Shown: in pieces, positions 35,292 to 44,767 of the stretch
Layout: each line of letters begins with the position of its first letter
How positions within the stretch are numbered: the stretch's first letter is position 1
NCBI GenBank assembly: GCA_007376135.1
Contig: VMFR01000002.1
Coordinates: 92,870 to 156,869 of the forward strand
Origin: Parcubacteria group bacterium Gr01-1014_31
Lineage (GTDB): Bacteria > Patescibacteriota > Patescibacteriia > Buchananbacterales > GWA2-38-13
Reading direction: 5' to 3'
Length of the DNA stretch: 64,000 nucleotides
Made by a program: the position numbers and the translations under genes
Notes under the pieces: model-generated
What the model was told of the DNA's origin: nothing
What the model saw: the letters and a program-made list of their open reading frames with translations, nothing else
Database searches by the model: none

Positions 35292-36509
35292 ATGCCCCAG
35301 CCGCTGAGAATACTATTTTTGCACCACTTCCCGTTGTGGGGCTGCGGCAGCGGCACGTTCGTGCGCAACCTCGCTATCCGATTGTCCGGCAAACAAGAGA
35401 TCGCCATCGCCTGCCCGGAAACCCGCACGGTCGAGGGCGTCAAACTCTACCCCATCAAGCTGCCGTTCTTCGCCTCGTTCACCGGCCATCCGGAACACCC
35501 GAACAGCAAACTCTATGCGGAGCTATCGCCCGGGGAGATCACGCAGCTGTACCGGGCGTTCCTGCACTACGCGGTGGACGCGGTGGAGAATTTCCGGCCC
35601 CACATCATCCACGCCAACCACGCCGGCGTGCTGACGTGGGCGGCGCGCTACCTCTACGCCATCTACGGCATCCCGTACCTGGTCACCATCCACGGCACCG
35701 ATCTGCACAACATCGACCTCGACCGCCGCTACTGGCACCTGTCGCGCGACGCCGTCAAAGCCGCGCGGCAGATCACGTGCGTGTCCGGCGATACGCGGGC
35801 ATGGTTCTACCGCATCTTCGGGGGCGAGGACAAGCTTCGCGCCAAGATCCGCACCATCCCCGCGGGCATCAACTTGGCCGATTACGACCGGACCCTGAGC
35901 ACCGACGACCTGGACGCCAAGTACAAACTGACCGGACGTCCGGTGGTCATGTTCGCCGGCAAGCTGACGCCCTACAAGGGAGTGCGCTACCTGGTCAAAG
36001 CAGCGCGCTGGATCAACGGCGAGGTGGTCATCATCGGCGATGGGCCGGAACTCCACACGCTCACGGACCTCGCGCGCGACCTGAAGGTCTCGAACGTGCG
36101 GTTCTTGGGTCACTTCGGAAAAAAGGATGACCTCTGGCTGCACAAATTCTATCAGCGGGCAGACGTGTTCGTGGCGCCGTCGGTCTGGGATGAGCCGCTG
36201 GGCATGGTCATCCTGGAAGCCATGGCCTACGGCACGCCGGTGGTGGTCACCCGCAAGGGCGGCATCCCGCTGGCGGTGAAAGACGGCGTCAACGGCCGCT
36301 TCATCAAGCCGCGCAACAGCCACGACATCGCCGACAAGGTCAATGCGCTCTTGGCCGACCCCGCGCGGCGGCGGCAACTGGGCGAACAGGCCCGGCAGGT
36401 GGTGGAGGAGAAATTCACCTGGGACAAGATCGCCGAGAAGTTCCTACAGATCTACCGGGCGCGGGCCGCGGGAGGCAACGGAAAGAACGGCAAAACCGAT
36501 CGCACCTAG
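35292..36509 (+). CDS. GT4-family glycosyltransferase
   Basis: 405 aa. DEPLGMVILEAMAYGTPVVVT and GT-B fold pattern. Distinct subfamily from its four neighbours. Confidence 0.8.
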   Translation: MPQPLRILFLHHFPLWGCGSGTFVRNLAIRLSGKQEIAIACPETRTVEGVKLYPIKLPFFASFTGHPEHPNSKLYAELSPGEITQLYRAFLHYAVDAVENFRPHIIHANHAGVLTWAARYLYAIYGIPYLVTIHGTDLHNIDLDRRYWHLSRDAVKAARQITCVSGDTRAWFYRIFGGEDKLRAKIRTIPAGINLADYDRTLSTDDLDAKYKLTGRPVVMFAGKLTPYKGVRYLVKAARWINGEVVIIGDGPELHTLTDLARDLKVSNVRFLGHFGKKDDLWLHKFYQRADVFVAPSVWDEPLGMVILEAMAYGTPVVVTRKGGIPLAVKDGVNGRFIKPRNSHDIADKVNALLADPARRRQLGEQARQVVEEKFTWDKIAEKFLQIYRARAAGGNGKNGKTDRT

Positions 36510-36598
36510 CCCGGACAACATTGGGGAGAAACGACGGCCGTCAAGGCCGTCTTTTTCGCGCCTTCGACCGGTAAATAATGGTATACTGAAGCCGTCCT

Positions 36599-37657
36599 AT
36601 GTCCCGCACGCGACGGCCCCGCATCGCAATTATCGCTCCATTCTTCCTGCCCATTCCGCCGCGGCGGCAAGGCGGTACGGAATGGATCGTTGCCCATCAG
36701 GCCGACGGCTTGGTGGACCGCGGCTATCCCGTCACCCTCCTGGCGGTCGCGGGATCCACCACGCGCGCCCGGCTCATTCCCGTCATTACGCGCGGCGTGA
36801 GCGACTACCCACTGCGGCTGGACTCCATGGAGGCGTCACGGAAATTACGGCTGGAAATGACGGCGCTTGGATTGGCCGCCGAGCACCTGCGCCAGAACCG
36901 CTTCGACCTGGTCTTCAACCATGCCCGCGGCGGCGAGCTGCTCTACCCGCTGTTGCGGCAGATGGGGGTGCCCATGGTCACCGTGCTGCACCTGCCGGTG
37001 TTCAGTGAAAACGCAAAATTCCTGGCCGGACAACGAGCGCCGCTGGTCTCTATCAGCAACCATGAACGGCGGGCCTTTCCGCGACTCAATTATGTCGCGA
37101 CCGTGTACAATGGTGTGAACACCAAAACGTTCTCCTTCAACGCCAAACCCCGCGATTACCTGCTGATGATGACCACCATCGGCGAACATAAAAATACGCT
37201 CGATGGGATCGTGGCGGCAAAACGCGCGCGCCGAAAGCTGATCATCGCCGGCAAGATCCGCGACCATGCCTACTTTGCCGCCAAGATCAAACCGCGCCTG
37301 GACGGCCGAACGGTGCGCTACCTCGGCGAGGTCGGGCTCAAGGAAAAGATCCGGCTCTACCGCAACGCCAGTGCACTCCTGTTCCCGGTGGTCTGGGAAG
37401 AACCATTCGGCTTGGTGATGATCGAATCACTCTCCTGCGGCACGCCGGTTGTAGGCTACCGGAGCGGCGCCGTGCCGGAGGTTATCCGTCACGGCATCAC
37501 GGGTTTCATCACGCCGAAAACTCCGGCTGCGTTGGCCCAAGCCATCCGCCGCCTTCCCGAGATCGACCGCGCCGCGTGCCGGCACGACGCGGTACGACGT
37601 TTTTCGCTCGACCGCATGCTCGACGGCTACGAAAAGGTCATCCATCATCTCATTTGA
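36599..37657 (+). CDS. GT4-family glycosyltransferase
   Basis: 352 aa. APFFLPIPPRRQGGTEWIV N-terminus and EEPFGLVMIESLSCGTPVVGY. Confidence 0.8.
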   Translation: MSRTRRPRIAIIAPFFLPIPPRRQGGTEWIVAHQADGLVDRGYPVTLLAVAGSTTRARLIPVITRGVSDYPLRLDSMEASRKLRLEMTALGLAAEHLRQNRFDLVFNHARGGELLYPLLRQMGVPMVTVLHLPVFSENAKFLAGQRAPLVSISNHERRAFPRLNYVATVYNGVNTKTFSFNAKPRDYLLMMTTIGEHKNTLDGIVAAKRARRKLIIAGKIRDHAYFAAKIKPRLDGRTVRYLGEVGLKEKIRLYRNASALLFPVVWEEPFGLVMIESLSCGTPVVGYRSGAVPEVIRHGITGFITPKTPAALAQAIRRLPEIDRAACRHDAVRRFSLDRMLDGYEKVIHHLI

Positions 37658-37659
37658 AT

Positions 37660-38733
37660 ATGAAGAGATTGAAGATCGCGCAGATCGCGCCCCTCTGGAT
37701 CCGAGTGCCGCCCGAAAAGTACGGCGGCACGGAGCTCATCGTCTACCACCTGTGCGAAGAATTGGTTGCCCGCGGCCACAAGGTGACGCTCTTTGCCTCG
37801 GGCAATTCGAAAACTTCGGCGAAATTGGTGCCGGGGTTCCGCACCAATTTATTGGCCGCCGGCATCCCATGGACCAGCCAGCTGGAAACGCTGCGCCATC
37901 TCGCGCAAGCCTACGCGCGCAGCGGCGAATTCGACCTGGTGCACTCGCACGTCGACCTGTATGAGACGTTCTTCGCGCGCTTCTCCCGCGCGCCAGTGGT
38001 GCACACCATCCACAACCCGCTGTATTCGTCGCGCAAAGACGACCTGCGGCTGCAGATCCTCACGAACAGCCGGTGGTCGCATTATGTGACCATCTCCAAT
38101 TCGCAGTATCGGCTCGGCTCGGCTCACCTCAACCGCGCGGGCACCGTGTACAACGGCATCGATATTTCGAAGTTCCGATATATCAAAAAAGGCGGCGACC
38201 ACTTCATCTGGATCGCGCGCGTTGACCCCTACAAAGGTATTGAGAACGCAATCACGGCCTGCGAACGGGCTCACGTCAAGTTGACCCTGGCTGGCCGGCT
38301 GGATGCGACGCGGCGGCAGTACTTTCGCCAGCGCATCCGCCCGCACCTCAGGCACGGTATCCGTTGGGAAGGCGAGATCGGCGGCAGCCAGAAGAACGCG
38401 TTCTTCGGCTCGGCTCAGGCGCTGCTCTACCCGATCGAGTGGCACGAACCGTTCGGCCTGGTCATGGTGGAAGCCATGGCCTGCGGCACGCCGGTCATCG
38501 CCTACGACCGCGGCTCGGTGCGGGAGCTGGTCAAAGACGGCGTGACCGGGTTTGTGGTGAACACCATCCCGGAAATGGTACGGGCCATCAAAAAGGTGGG
38601 CGCCATCGACCGCGCCGCCTGCCGCGCCTGGGTGGAGAAAAAATTCACGGTGCAAACGATGGTGGACGGCTATGAACGAGTATACGAACGGATCTTAAGT
38701 CAACGTACGAAAGGTAAAGGGCGGAATTCTTGA
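37660..38733 (+). CDS. GT4-family glycosyltransferase
   Basis: 357 aa from MKRLKIAQIAPLWIRVPPEKYGGTELIV (ATG 37660, 3 nt after the previous stop). C-terminal roughly 45 aa identical to the GT4 at 39732..40865. Confidence 0.8.
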   Translation: MKRLKIAQIAPLWIRVPPEKYGGTELIVYHLCEELVARGHKVTLFASGNSKTSAKLVPGFRTNLLAAGIPWTSQLETLRHLAQAYARSGEFDLVHSHVDLYETFFARFSRAPVVHTIHNPLYSSRKDDLRLQILTNSRWSHYVTISNSQYRLGSAHLNRAGTVYNGIDISKFRYIKKGGDHFIWIARVDPYKGIENAITACERAHVKLTLAGRLDATRRQYFRQRIRPHLRHGIRWEGEIGGSQKNAFFGSAQALLYPIEWHEPFGLVMVEAMACGTPVIAYDRGSVRELVKDGVTGFVVNTIPEMVRAIKKVGAIDRAACRAWVEKKFTVQTMVDGYERVYERILSQRTKGKGRNS

Positions 38734-39720
38734 ATGAGTATGGTACCCCCCGGCAACATCCTTATCCCGCGCATCGGCGAAAAGATCGCCGCCGTGCTGC
38801 GGCGGCACAAACTGCGCCCCGAGGTCAGTCCGAAAAAATTCTTGGCGCGCGTCAAAACCAGCAAGCACCGCTACTTCACTCCGGCCCGAACGCCCGAGGG
38901 AACGACGGTGGCATTCTATGCGCGGCTCCACGCCAACCCCGACGCGCAACGGAAATTCCTGACCGAAGTCAGCGTCCTGCGACGGCTCAACCGGATGCCG
39001 CAGCCGTTCGCCCGCTCGGCGCCGCGGCTGCTGTCGGCCGGACGGGAATCCTCATTCGAATGGTTCACCCGCGAGCACATCAACGGCAACCCGCTGGGCC
39101 ACAGCCGCCACTTATCCGGACGGCTGGCTGCCTCCACGGTGGCGCAGCTGGCCTCCTCCATCGTTTCCATCGGCCAACTGCCGCCCAAGGAGCTGCGGGT
39201 CAAACTGCAGCGGTTCAATCCCGATAACTACCGCATCGACCGCCAGTGCTACGGGCTGGCCCAAGCGGCAGCGGTACCGGCGACCACCTGCCGCGGCGTC
39301 GGCCGCCTGGTTTCGAACAATCGCCAGCTACTGCATCGCTGCAACCGGGTGGTCGCGCACGGCGACCTGAATTTAGGCAACATCCTGGTGGACGGCGGGA
39401 TCGTGCGCATCGTGGATTGGGAACTGGCTCAGCTCAACAACTTGGCCTACGACCTGGGGTATTTGTGGGTTCATCTCTGGGAAGCTCCCAAACGCTTCCG
39501 CCAGCTCCTGCTGCAATCATTTGTCCGGCAGTTGCCGTCGCCGCAGCGCGCCCTCTTCCGCCAGCTCCTGCCGGTGGTGGTCGCGTACCTGGCGATCGGC
39601 GGCATCCCCTACCGGAGGAGCGCGCATGAACGCCACGCCGAACAGGAACGGCGGCGGCGCTACCATGTTCGGTTGCTGCAGCAATGCCTGCACGGCTTTT
39701 CCGCCCTGCGGAACGCCTAA
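38734..39720 (+). CDS. aminoglycoside-phosphotransferase (APH)-fold kinase, possible sugar (anomeric) kinase
   Basis: 328 aa. Catalytic loop HGDLNLGNILV and IVDWE (Brenner and DxD motifs of the APH/choline-kinase fold). Embedded in a glycosyltransferase/sugar-nucleotide cluster. Confidence 0.55.
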   Translation: MSMVPPGNILIPRIGEKIAAVLRRHKLRPEVSPKKFLARVKTSKHRYFTPARTPEGTTVAFYARLHANPDAQRKFLTEVSVLRRLNRMPQPFARSAPRLLSAGRESSFEWFTREHINGNPLGHSRHLSGRLAASTVAQLASSIVSIGQLPPKELRVKLQRFNPDNYRIDRQCYGLAQAAAVPATTCRGVGRLVSNNRQLLHRCNRVVAHGDLNLGNILVDGGIVRIVDWELAQLNNLAYDLGYLWVHLWEAPKRFRQLLLQSFVRQLPSPQRALFRQLLPVVVAYLAIGGIPYRRSAHERHAEQERRRRYHVRLLQQCLHGFSALRNA

Positions 39721-39731
39721 CGCCAACGCCT

Positions 39732-40865
39732 ATGTCGAAACGATTGCGCATCGCGATGTTCTGCACCAACGAGTGGCAAACGCCGCCGCCCCAGAACACG
39801 TTCTACGCGCCGTTGTGGATCGCCCAGGCCATCGCCGAAGGATTGCATCGCCGCGGCCACCGCATAACGTACTTCGGCGCCCGCGGCTCCACGCTGCGCG
39901 CCCCGCTGGCGCACCTGAACATGCCCGCCATCAAAACCAACCGTCAACTCAAACCGTTCCTCGCTCGGCAGAATGAAACGGTGGTGAACTTCTACGAACA
40001 GTTGATGATCGCCGAGATCTACCGGCGTGCCAACCGCGGCGATTTCGACCTCATCCACATCCACCCCTACCGGCGGGCCATCCAGTTCGCGCCCCTCACG
40101 CAAACGCCCACGGTCATTACCCTGCACGATCCGATCGAGGACTTCCGCCGCTACATGCTGCAGCAGACGGTGACGCAACGGAACACGCACCTCATCTCCA
40201 TCAGCAACGCCCAGCGGAAACCCGCTCCGCGGCTCAACTTCGCGGCCACGGTCTACAACGGCGTACGCCTCGCCGACTACCCCTTCAACCCCGCGCCGGG
40301 CAACCACCTCGTCGCGGCTGGACGCTTCGTACCGGAAAAAGGCATCGACGTGGCCGTCCAGGTGGCGGCGCTCGCCAAAACTCCGCTGCGGCTGGCGGGC
40401 GGACAGGCCGAGGGGCACTACTGGGACGCTTACATCAAACCCTACGTGCGGCCGCGCGGCCGAACCCGCTACGTGGGGATGCTGAAGTCCCGGGAGATGG
40501 GCAAATTCTACGGCTCCGGTCGAGCACTTCTCTACCCGCTGCGCTGGGAGGAACCGTTCGGCCTGGTGATGGTGGAGGCTATGGCCTGCGGCACGCCGGT
40601 CATCGCGTTCCCGCACGGCTCGGTGCGGGAGCTGGTCAAAGACGGCGTGACCGGGTTTGTGGTGCACACCATCCCGGAAATGGTACGGGCCATCAAAAAG
40701 GTGGGCGCCATCGACCGCGCCGCCTGCCGCGCCTGGGTGGAGAAAAAATTCAGCACGGAAAAAATGGTCGATGGATACGAAAATGCCTTCTACGACATTC
40801 TCACGCAAGAACGACGGAGTGCAAAACGCAAAATGCAAAACGCAAAACAACAACGCAAAAAATAA
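39732..40865 (+). CDS. GT4-family glycosyltransferase
   Basis: 377 aa from MSKRLRIAMFCT. EEPFGLVMVEAMACGTPVIAFPHGSVRELVKDGVTGFVVHTIPEMVRAIKKVGAIDRAACRAWVEKKF. Lys-rich tail. Confidence 0.8.
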   Translation: MSKRLRIAMFCTNEWQTPPPQNTFYAPLWIAQAIAEGLHRRGHRITYFGARGSTLRAPLAHLNMPAIKTNRQLKPFLARQNETVVNFYEQLMIAEIYRRANRGDFDLIHIHPYRRAIQFAPLTQTPTVITLHDPIEDFRRYMLQQTVTQRNTHLISISNAQRKPAPRLNFAATVYNGVRLADYPFNPAPGNHLVAAGRFVPEKGIDVAVQVAALAKTPLRLAGGQAEGHYWDAYIKPYVRPRGRTRYVGMLKSREMGKFYGSGRALLYPLRWEEPFGLVMVEAMACGTPVIAFPHGSVRELVKDGVTGFVVHTIPEMVRAIKKVGAIDRAACRAWVEKKFSTEKMVDGYENAFYDILTQERRSAKRKMQNAKQQRKK

Positions 40866-40911
40866 AAGATTTCTTTTACGCTTTTCGCTTTGCATTTTTC
40901 GCTGACTTTCT

Positions 40912-42774
40912 ATGCAGCTTGAAGACGGCCTGTGGATCGACGACGGATTTTACGTCGACTTCGACGAGCAGGGCCAGTTCCGCATCATCGGCCCCAATAA
41001 CCACCTCTACTGTGGGCTGGTGGACATTCCGCGCCACCGTCTGCGGGTCCGCAGCGTGCGCTCGCCGCAGCCCGGGACCGTCGTGGTCAGCGGCAGTTTC
41101 GTCGGACCCGCCGTCAACCTCTACTACCCGGCGATGGACGACATCCGCACCATGCGGACGTTCGCCGGCAGCGACTCATTCCTGGCGGCGCGTCAGAAAT
41201 CCTTCGACCGCCTGGTACCCCACCACATGCACCGCACGCGGCGGAACGGCCAGACCGTGCTGGAATTCTCCCGCCACTACCATGAACGGCTGTCCTACCG
41301 GTGCAGTTTTTCCTTTCCCTCGGCCGTCGCGGTCAAAAAGATCACCCGGCCGTTCGCGGGATTCCGCGTCAGCAGCGCTACGGCCCGCGCCGCCATCCCG
41401 TTCACCCTGACGGCGCAAACTAACGATCTGGCCGCCCACCACCCGTTGAAGCGCTACTTCCTCCAGGATGCCGGCGACCTGCCGTTCGAATTGTTCGGCA
41501 AGCGCCAGCACATTCTGCGCGCGTTCTGGGAACGCACGGCGGTGGAGATCGCTCACCTCATCGCCTGGGGAAAAACGTCCGGCGACCGCTTCGGCACGAT
41601 CTTTCCCCGCGACTGGATGGAATCGGCCGACCTGGGCGTGCATGACCTGACGCCGGAAGCGCGCGCCCACATGTATACGGTCAGCCTCCGCCACGTCAAC
41701 ACCAAAGGCGAGGGATGGCACGAGGATGTCGTGGGCGAGTACCGCTACGAGTACCAGCTCTCGGGCCGCGACATCTACGACCGGCACATGATCGACATCG
41801 AACCCCACTACCTGATCGGATTGCAACAACTGCCGCAGGAGATCCTCCTTGACCCCCAGGTGCGTACGGCCTTGCAGCGGGTCGCCCGCTATGTCGTGGC
41901 CCAGGCGCGGTCAAAGGAATTCATCACCTTTAAAAAATTGCCCCCGCGCGACCGTAAAACCGGCAACCAGTACTATGTGAGCGGCAACTGGCGCGACAGC
42001 GAGTGGGCGTTCAAAAAGATCGGCCAAGACATCGCGCCCTTCGATGTCAACGCGGTCTTTTACCCCAAGGCGCTCGCCGTCCTGAAGGAATTCCAGCGGC
42101 CGCTGGGCGTGAAAACCGCTGACCTGGACGAGCTGATCTCCCGCTGGCACGCCAAGGAGCAGTATTTCCGTTTCACCAACAAAGACGGCACGAGCGCGTA
42201 TGCGCTGGCCGTCTATGGCATCCACGGCCGCGGGGCGGCGGTACGCTGCAACCAGCTGAAAGTCAACCATCTGGACGAGGCCTACCGCTACACCTACGCC
42301 ACCGCCACGCGTGACCAGGTCGTCAGCTTCTGTAAGCGCCTGACCGACCCGGCCTACTTCTTCACCAAGTACGGTCCGCTCCTGGTGGCGAACGTCAACG
42401 ACCACGGCTACACCAACCGCGAGTACCATGGTCAGGTCATCTGGATGAAACAGGCCGCCTACGCCATCTTGGGCTTGAGCAAGCACCTCAAGATCGCCGT
42501 GGTGGAACGATGGCCCGCCGATGTGCAACGCTTGATCAAGGAGGCAATGCTGCAGGTCAGCATCGGGGTCATTTCCGCCTGCGTACAGCTCAACGCCATC
42601 CCCGAACTCCATTGGGTGGATGGAGGCCAGCCGAAATTCTTCCCCATCTCGTCCAGCAAAGTTCAGCTTTGGTCGGCGGTGGGCGTGCGGCGCATCATCC
42701 GCAAGTATCTGGAGCTGCAAACCGATCCGAATTACCGTACAATAAAGACGGCTGTGACCTGGCCCAAACTATGA
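40912..42774 (+). CDS. hypothetical protein (large soluble; possibly a glycoside hydrolase-like enzyme)
   Basis: 620 aa, no TM or signal. Location between GT4 genes and galT-like/ROK genes suggests carbohydrate metabolism. No motif confidently recognised. Confidence 0.3.
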   Translation: MQLEDGLWIDDGFYVDFDEQGQFRIIGPNNHLYCGLVDIPRHRLRVRSVRSPQPGTVVVSGSFVGPAVNLYYPAMDDIRTMRTFAGSDSFLAARQKSFDRLVPHHMHRTRRNGQTVLEFSRHYHERLSYRCSFSFPSAVAVKKITRPFAGFRVSSATARAAIPFTLTAQTNDLAAHHPLKRYFLQDAGDLPFELFGKRQHILRAFWERTAVEIAHLIAWGKTSGDRFGTIFPRDWMESADLGVHDLTPEARAHMYTVSLRHVNTKGEGWHEDVVGEYRYEYQLSGRDIYDRHMIDIEPHYLIGLQQLPQEILLDPQVRTALQRVARYVVAQARSKEFITFKKLPPRDRKTGNQYYVSGNWRDSEWAFKKIGQDIAPFDVNAVFYPKALAVLKEFQRPLGVKTADLDELISRWHAKEQYFRFTNKDGTSAYALAVYGIHGRGAAVRCNQLKVNHLDEAYRYTYATATRDQVVSFCKRLTDPAYFFTKYGPLLVANVNDHGYTNREYHGQVIWMKQAAYAILGLSKHLKIAVVERWPADVQRLIKEAMLQVSIGVISACVQLNAIPELHWVDGGQPKFFPISSSKVQLWSAVGVRRIIRKYLELQTDPNYRTIKTAVTWPKL

Positions 42775-43745
42775 ACCGCCACCACTACACGTACGACCAC
42801 CCGCGAGCGCGCCGCGGCAAGATCCGCGACGCCGAATTGCGCAAGGACTACATCCAGGACAAGTACGTCATCATCGCGCCGCGCCGCGGCAACCGGCCGC
42901 ATGAACTTGAGCGCGTCGTCCGCGCGCGGTCGGCGGTCCGCAAAACCTGCGCGTTCTGCCCGGGATTAGTGGAGCAACAGCGGCAGATCATGACCGTGGA
43001 GGCCAAGCGCGGCTGGATGATCAAGGTCATCACCAATAAATTCCCCGCGGTCACTCTGGATAACCCCCGGGCCTACGGCATGCAGGAGGTCGTGGTAGAA
43101 ACACCCGACCACCGGCCGGAACTGGAAGAGCTGCCGACGGACCACATCGCAACGCTGTTTGCCGTCTACGCCGAGCGCACCAAGCAAATCTCCGAGAACC
43201 CGCGCATCGAGTACATCATTATTTTCAAGAACCAAGGGGGGACGGCCGGCGCGTCCATCCTGCACGCCCACTCGCAGATCTTTGCCACCGACTTTTTGCC
43301 GCCGCATCTGCTGGATAAGTCGCAGGTGGTCCAAGCCTACAAGCTCAAGACCGGCCGCTGCGTCTACTGCGACGTCATCCGCCGCGAACGGAAGTCCCCG
43401 CGCATGGTCTACGATGACGGCATCGCCGTGGCGTTCACGCCCTATGCGTCGCTCTACAACTACGAACTGTGGGTCATGCCAGCGCGGCACATCGACAACA
43501 TCACCCAGATGAACGCCGAGGAGCGGCGGTCCTTCGCCCACGTCTTCAAACGCGCGCTCAGAAAGATCACGCAGCTGGGGCTGCCATACAACTACTACTT
43601 CCACCAGGTGGTCCACGATGAGGACCAGCACCTCTACTTCAAGATCACCCCGCGCGGCTCGGTGTGGGCCGGCGTTGAAATTGGTTCGGGGGTCATCATC
43701 AACCCGGTCCCGCCCGAGGAGGCGGCCGCGTACTATCGAAAATAG
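42771..43745 (+). CDS. GalT-like (HIT-superfamily) hexose-1-phosphate nucleotidyltransferase
   Basis: 324 aa from MNRHHYTYDHP (ATGA overlap with the previous stop). His-x-His active-site motif LHAHSQIF and Cys pairs (CAFCPG, CVYCD) resemble the zinc site of galactose-1-phosphate uridylyltransferase. Confidence 0.6.
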   Translation: MNRHHYTYDHPRARRGKIRDAELRKDYIQDKYVIIAPRRGNRPHELERVVRARSAVRKTCAFCPGLVEQQRQIMTVEAKRGWMIKVITNKFPAVTLDNPRAYGMQEVVVETPDHRPELEELPTDHIATLFAVYAERTKQISENPRIEYIIIFKNQGGTAGASILHAHSQIFATDFLPPHLLDKSQVVQAYKLKTGRCVYCDVIRRERKSPRMVYDDGIAVAFTPYASLYNYELWVMPARHIDNITQMNAEERRSFAHVFKRALRKITQLGLPYNYYFHQVVHDEDQHLYFKITPRGSVWAGVEIGSGVIINPVPPEEAAAYYRK

Positions 43746-43867
43746 TTCCGGCGGACCACGACGCGTCCGGCTCATGCCGGACGCGTTTTTTATTGTATAA
43801 TAGGAGCACTCCACCGCACCCCCTTGTCTGCGGTGGTACCCCCGGGGTACTATCCGGCAATCATCAT

Positions 43868-44755
43868 ATGCCCAACTCTCACATCGGCGTTGACGTCGGC
43901 GGCACCAAGATTGCGGCCGGCATCGTGCGCGGCAGCCACGCGGTTCGCGTCACGACCATCCCCACGCCAAAAACCGGCCGGCGGGAGGTAGTCGCCGCGA
44001 TCGTCCAGCTGGTCAAAACCCTGGATGGCCCGCGCTCAACCCGCGTGGGTATCGGCATTGCCGGCGCGGTGAACGCGGCAAAAGGGATCGTGTACTCCAG
44101 TCCGAACCTGCCGCCGGATTTCAAGAACGTACCGCTGGCACGATTGGTAGCGCGCGCCGTGCGACGTCCGACCAGGATCGAGAATGACGCCAAATGTTTC
44201 GCATTGGCGGAAGCGACGCTGGGTGCCGGGCGCGGCAAGCGCATTGTTGCCGGCTTCACGCTGGGATCCGGCATCGGCTTTGGCATCGTCATGGACGGGA
44301 AAATTTTGCACGGCCGCGGCGGTATTGCCGGAGAATTGGGCCACACCACCGTCGTGGAAGATGGCCTGCCCTGCAGCTGCGGGCAGCGCGGCCACCTGGA
44401 AAGCTACGCCTCGGGACGGAGCATGACGCGCCTCTACCGGCGGCTGACCGGCAAAACGGTCAACTCATTCGAGCTGGAACGGCGCGCCAAAGACCACGAG
44501 GCGGCGGCGCGACGAGTGGTCGCGTACGGCGCCGAGATCCTGGCCATCGGCCTGGCCAACGCCATGACCACCTTCAACCCTGATATCATCGTGCTCGGAG
44601 GCGGCCTGAGCCGGGTACCGATCTACTGGCGCCCCGCCGCACGGCGCGCGTCACAACTGGTTCCCTACCGCCAGTTCCTCCCCACCCCGATCGTCAAGGC
44701 AAAGTTTGGCTCCCAAGCCGGCTTGATCGGCGCAGCGCTGGTGGCCAACACCTAG
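43868..44755 (+). CDS. ROK-family sugar kinase (glucokinase-like)
   Basis: 295 aa from MPNSHIGVDVGGTKIAAGIV. Zinc motif HTTVVEDGLPCSCGQRGHLE typical of ROK kinases. Confidence 0.75.
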   Translation: MPNSHIGVDVGGTKIAAGIVRGSHAVRVTTIPTPKTGRREVVAAIVQLVKTLDGPRSTRVGIGIAGAVNAAKGIVYSSPNLPPDFKNVPLARLVARAVRRPTRIENDAKCFALAEATLGAGRGKRIVAGFTLGSGIGFGIVMDGKILHGRGGIAGELGHTTVVEDGLPCSCGQRGHLESYASGRSMTRLYRRLTGKTVNSFELERRAKDHEAAARRVVAYGAEILAIGLANAMTTFNPDIIVLGGGLSRVPIYWRPAARRASQLVPYRQFLPTPIVKAKFGSQAGLIGAALVANT

Positions 44756-44767
44756 CACCAATCCATC

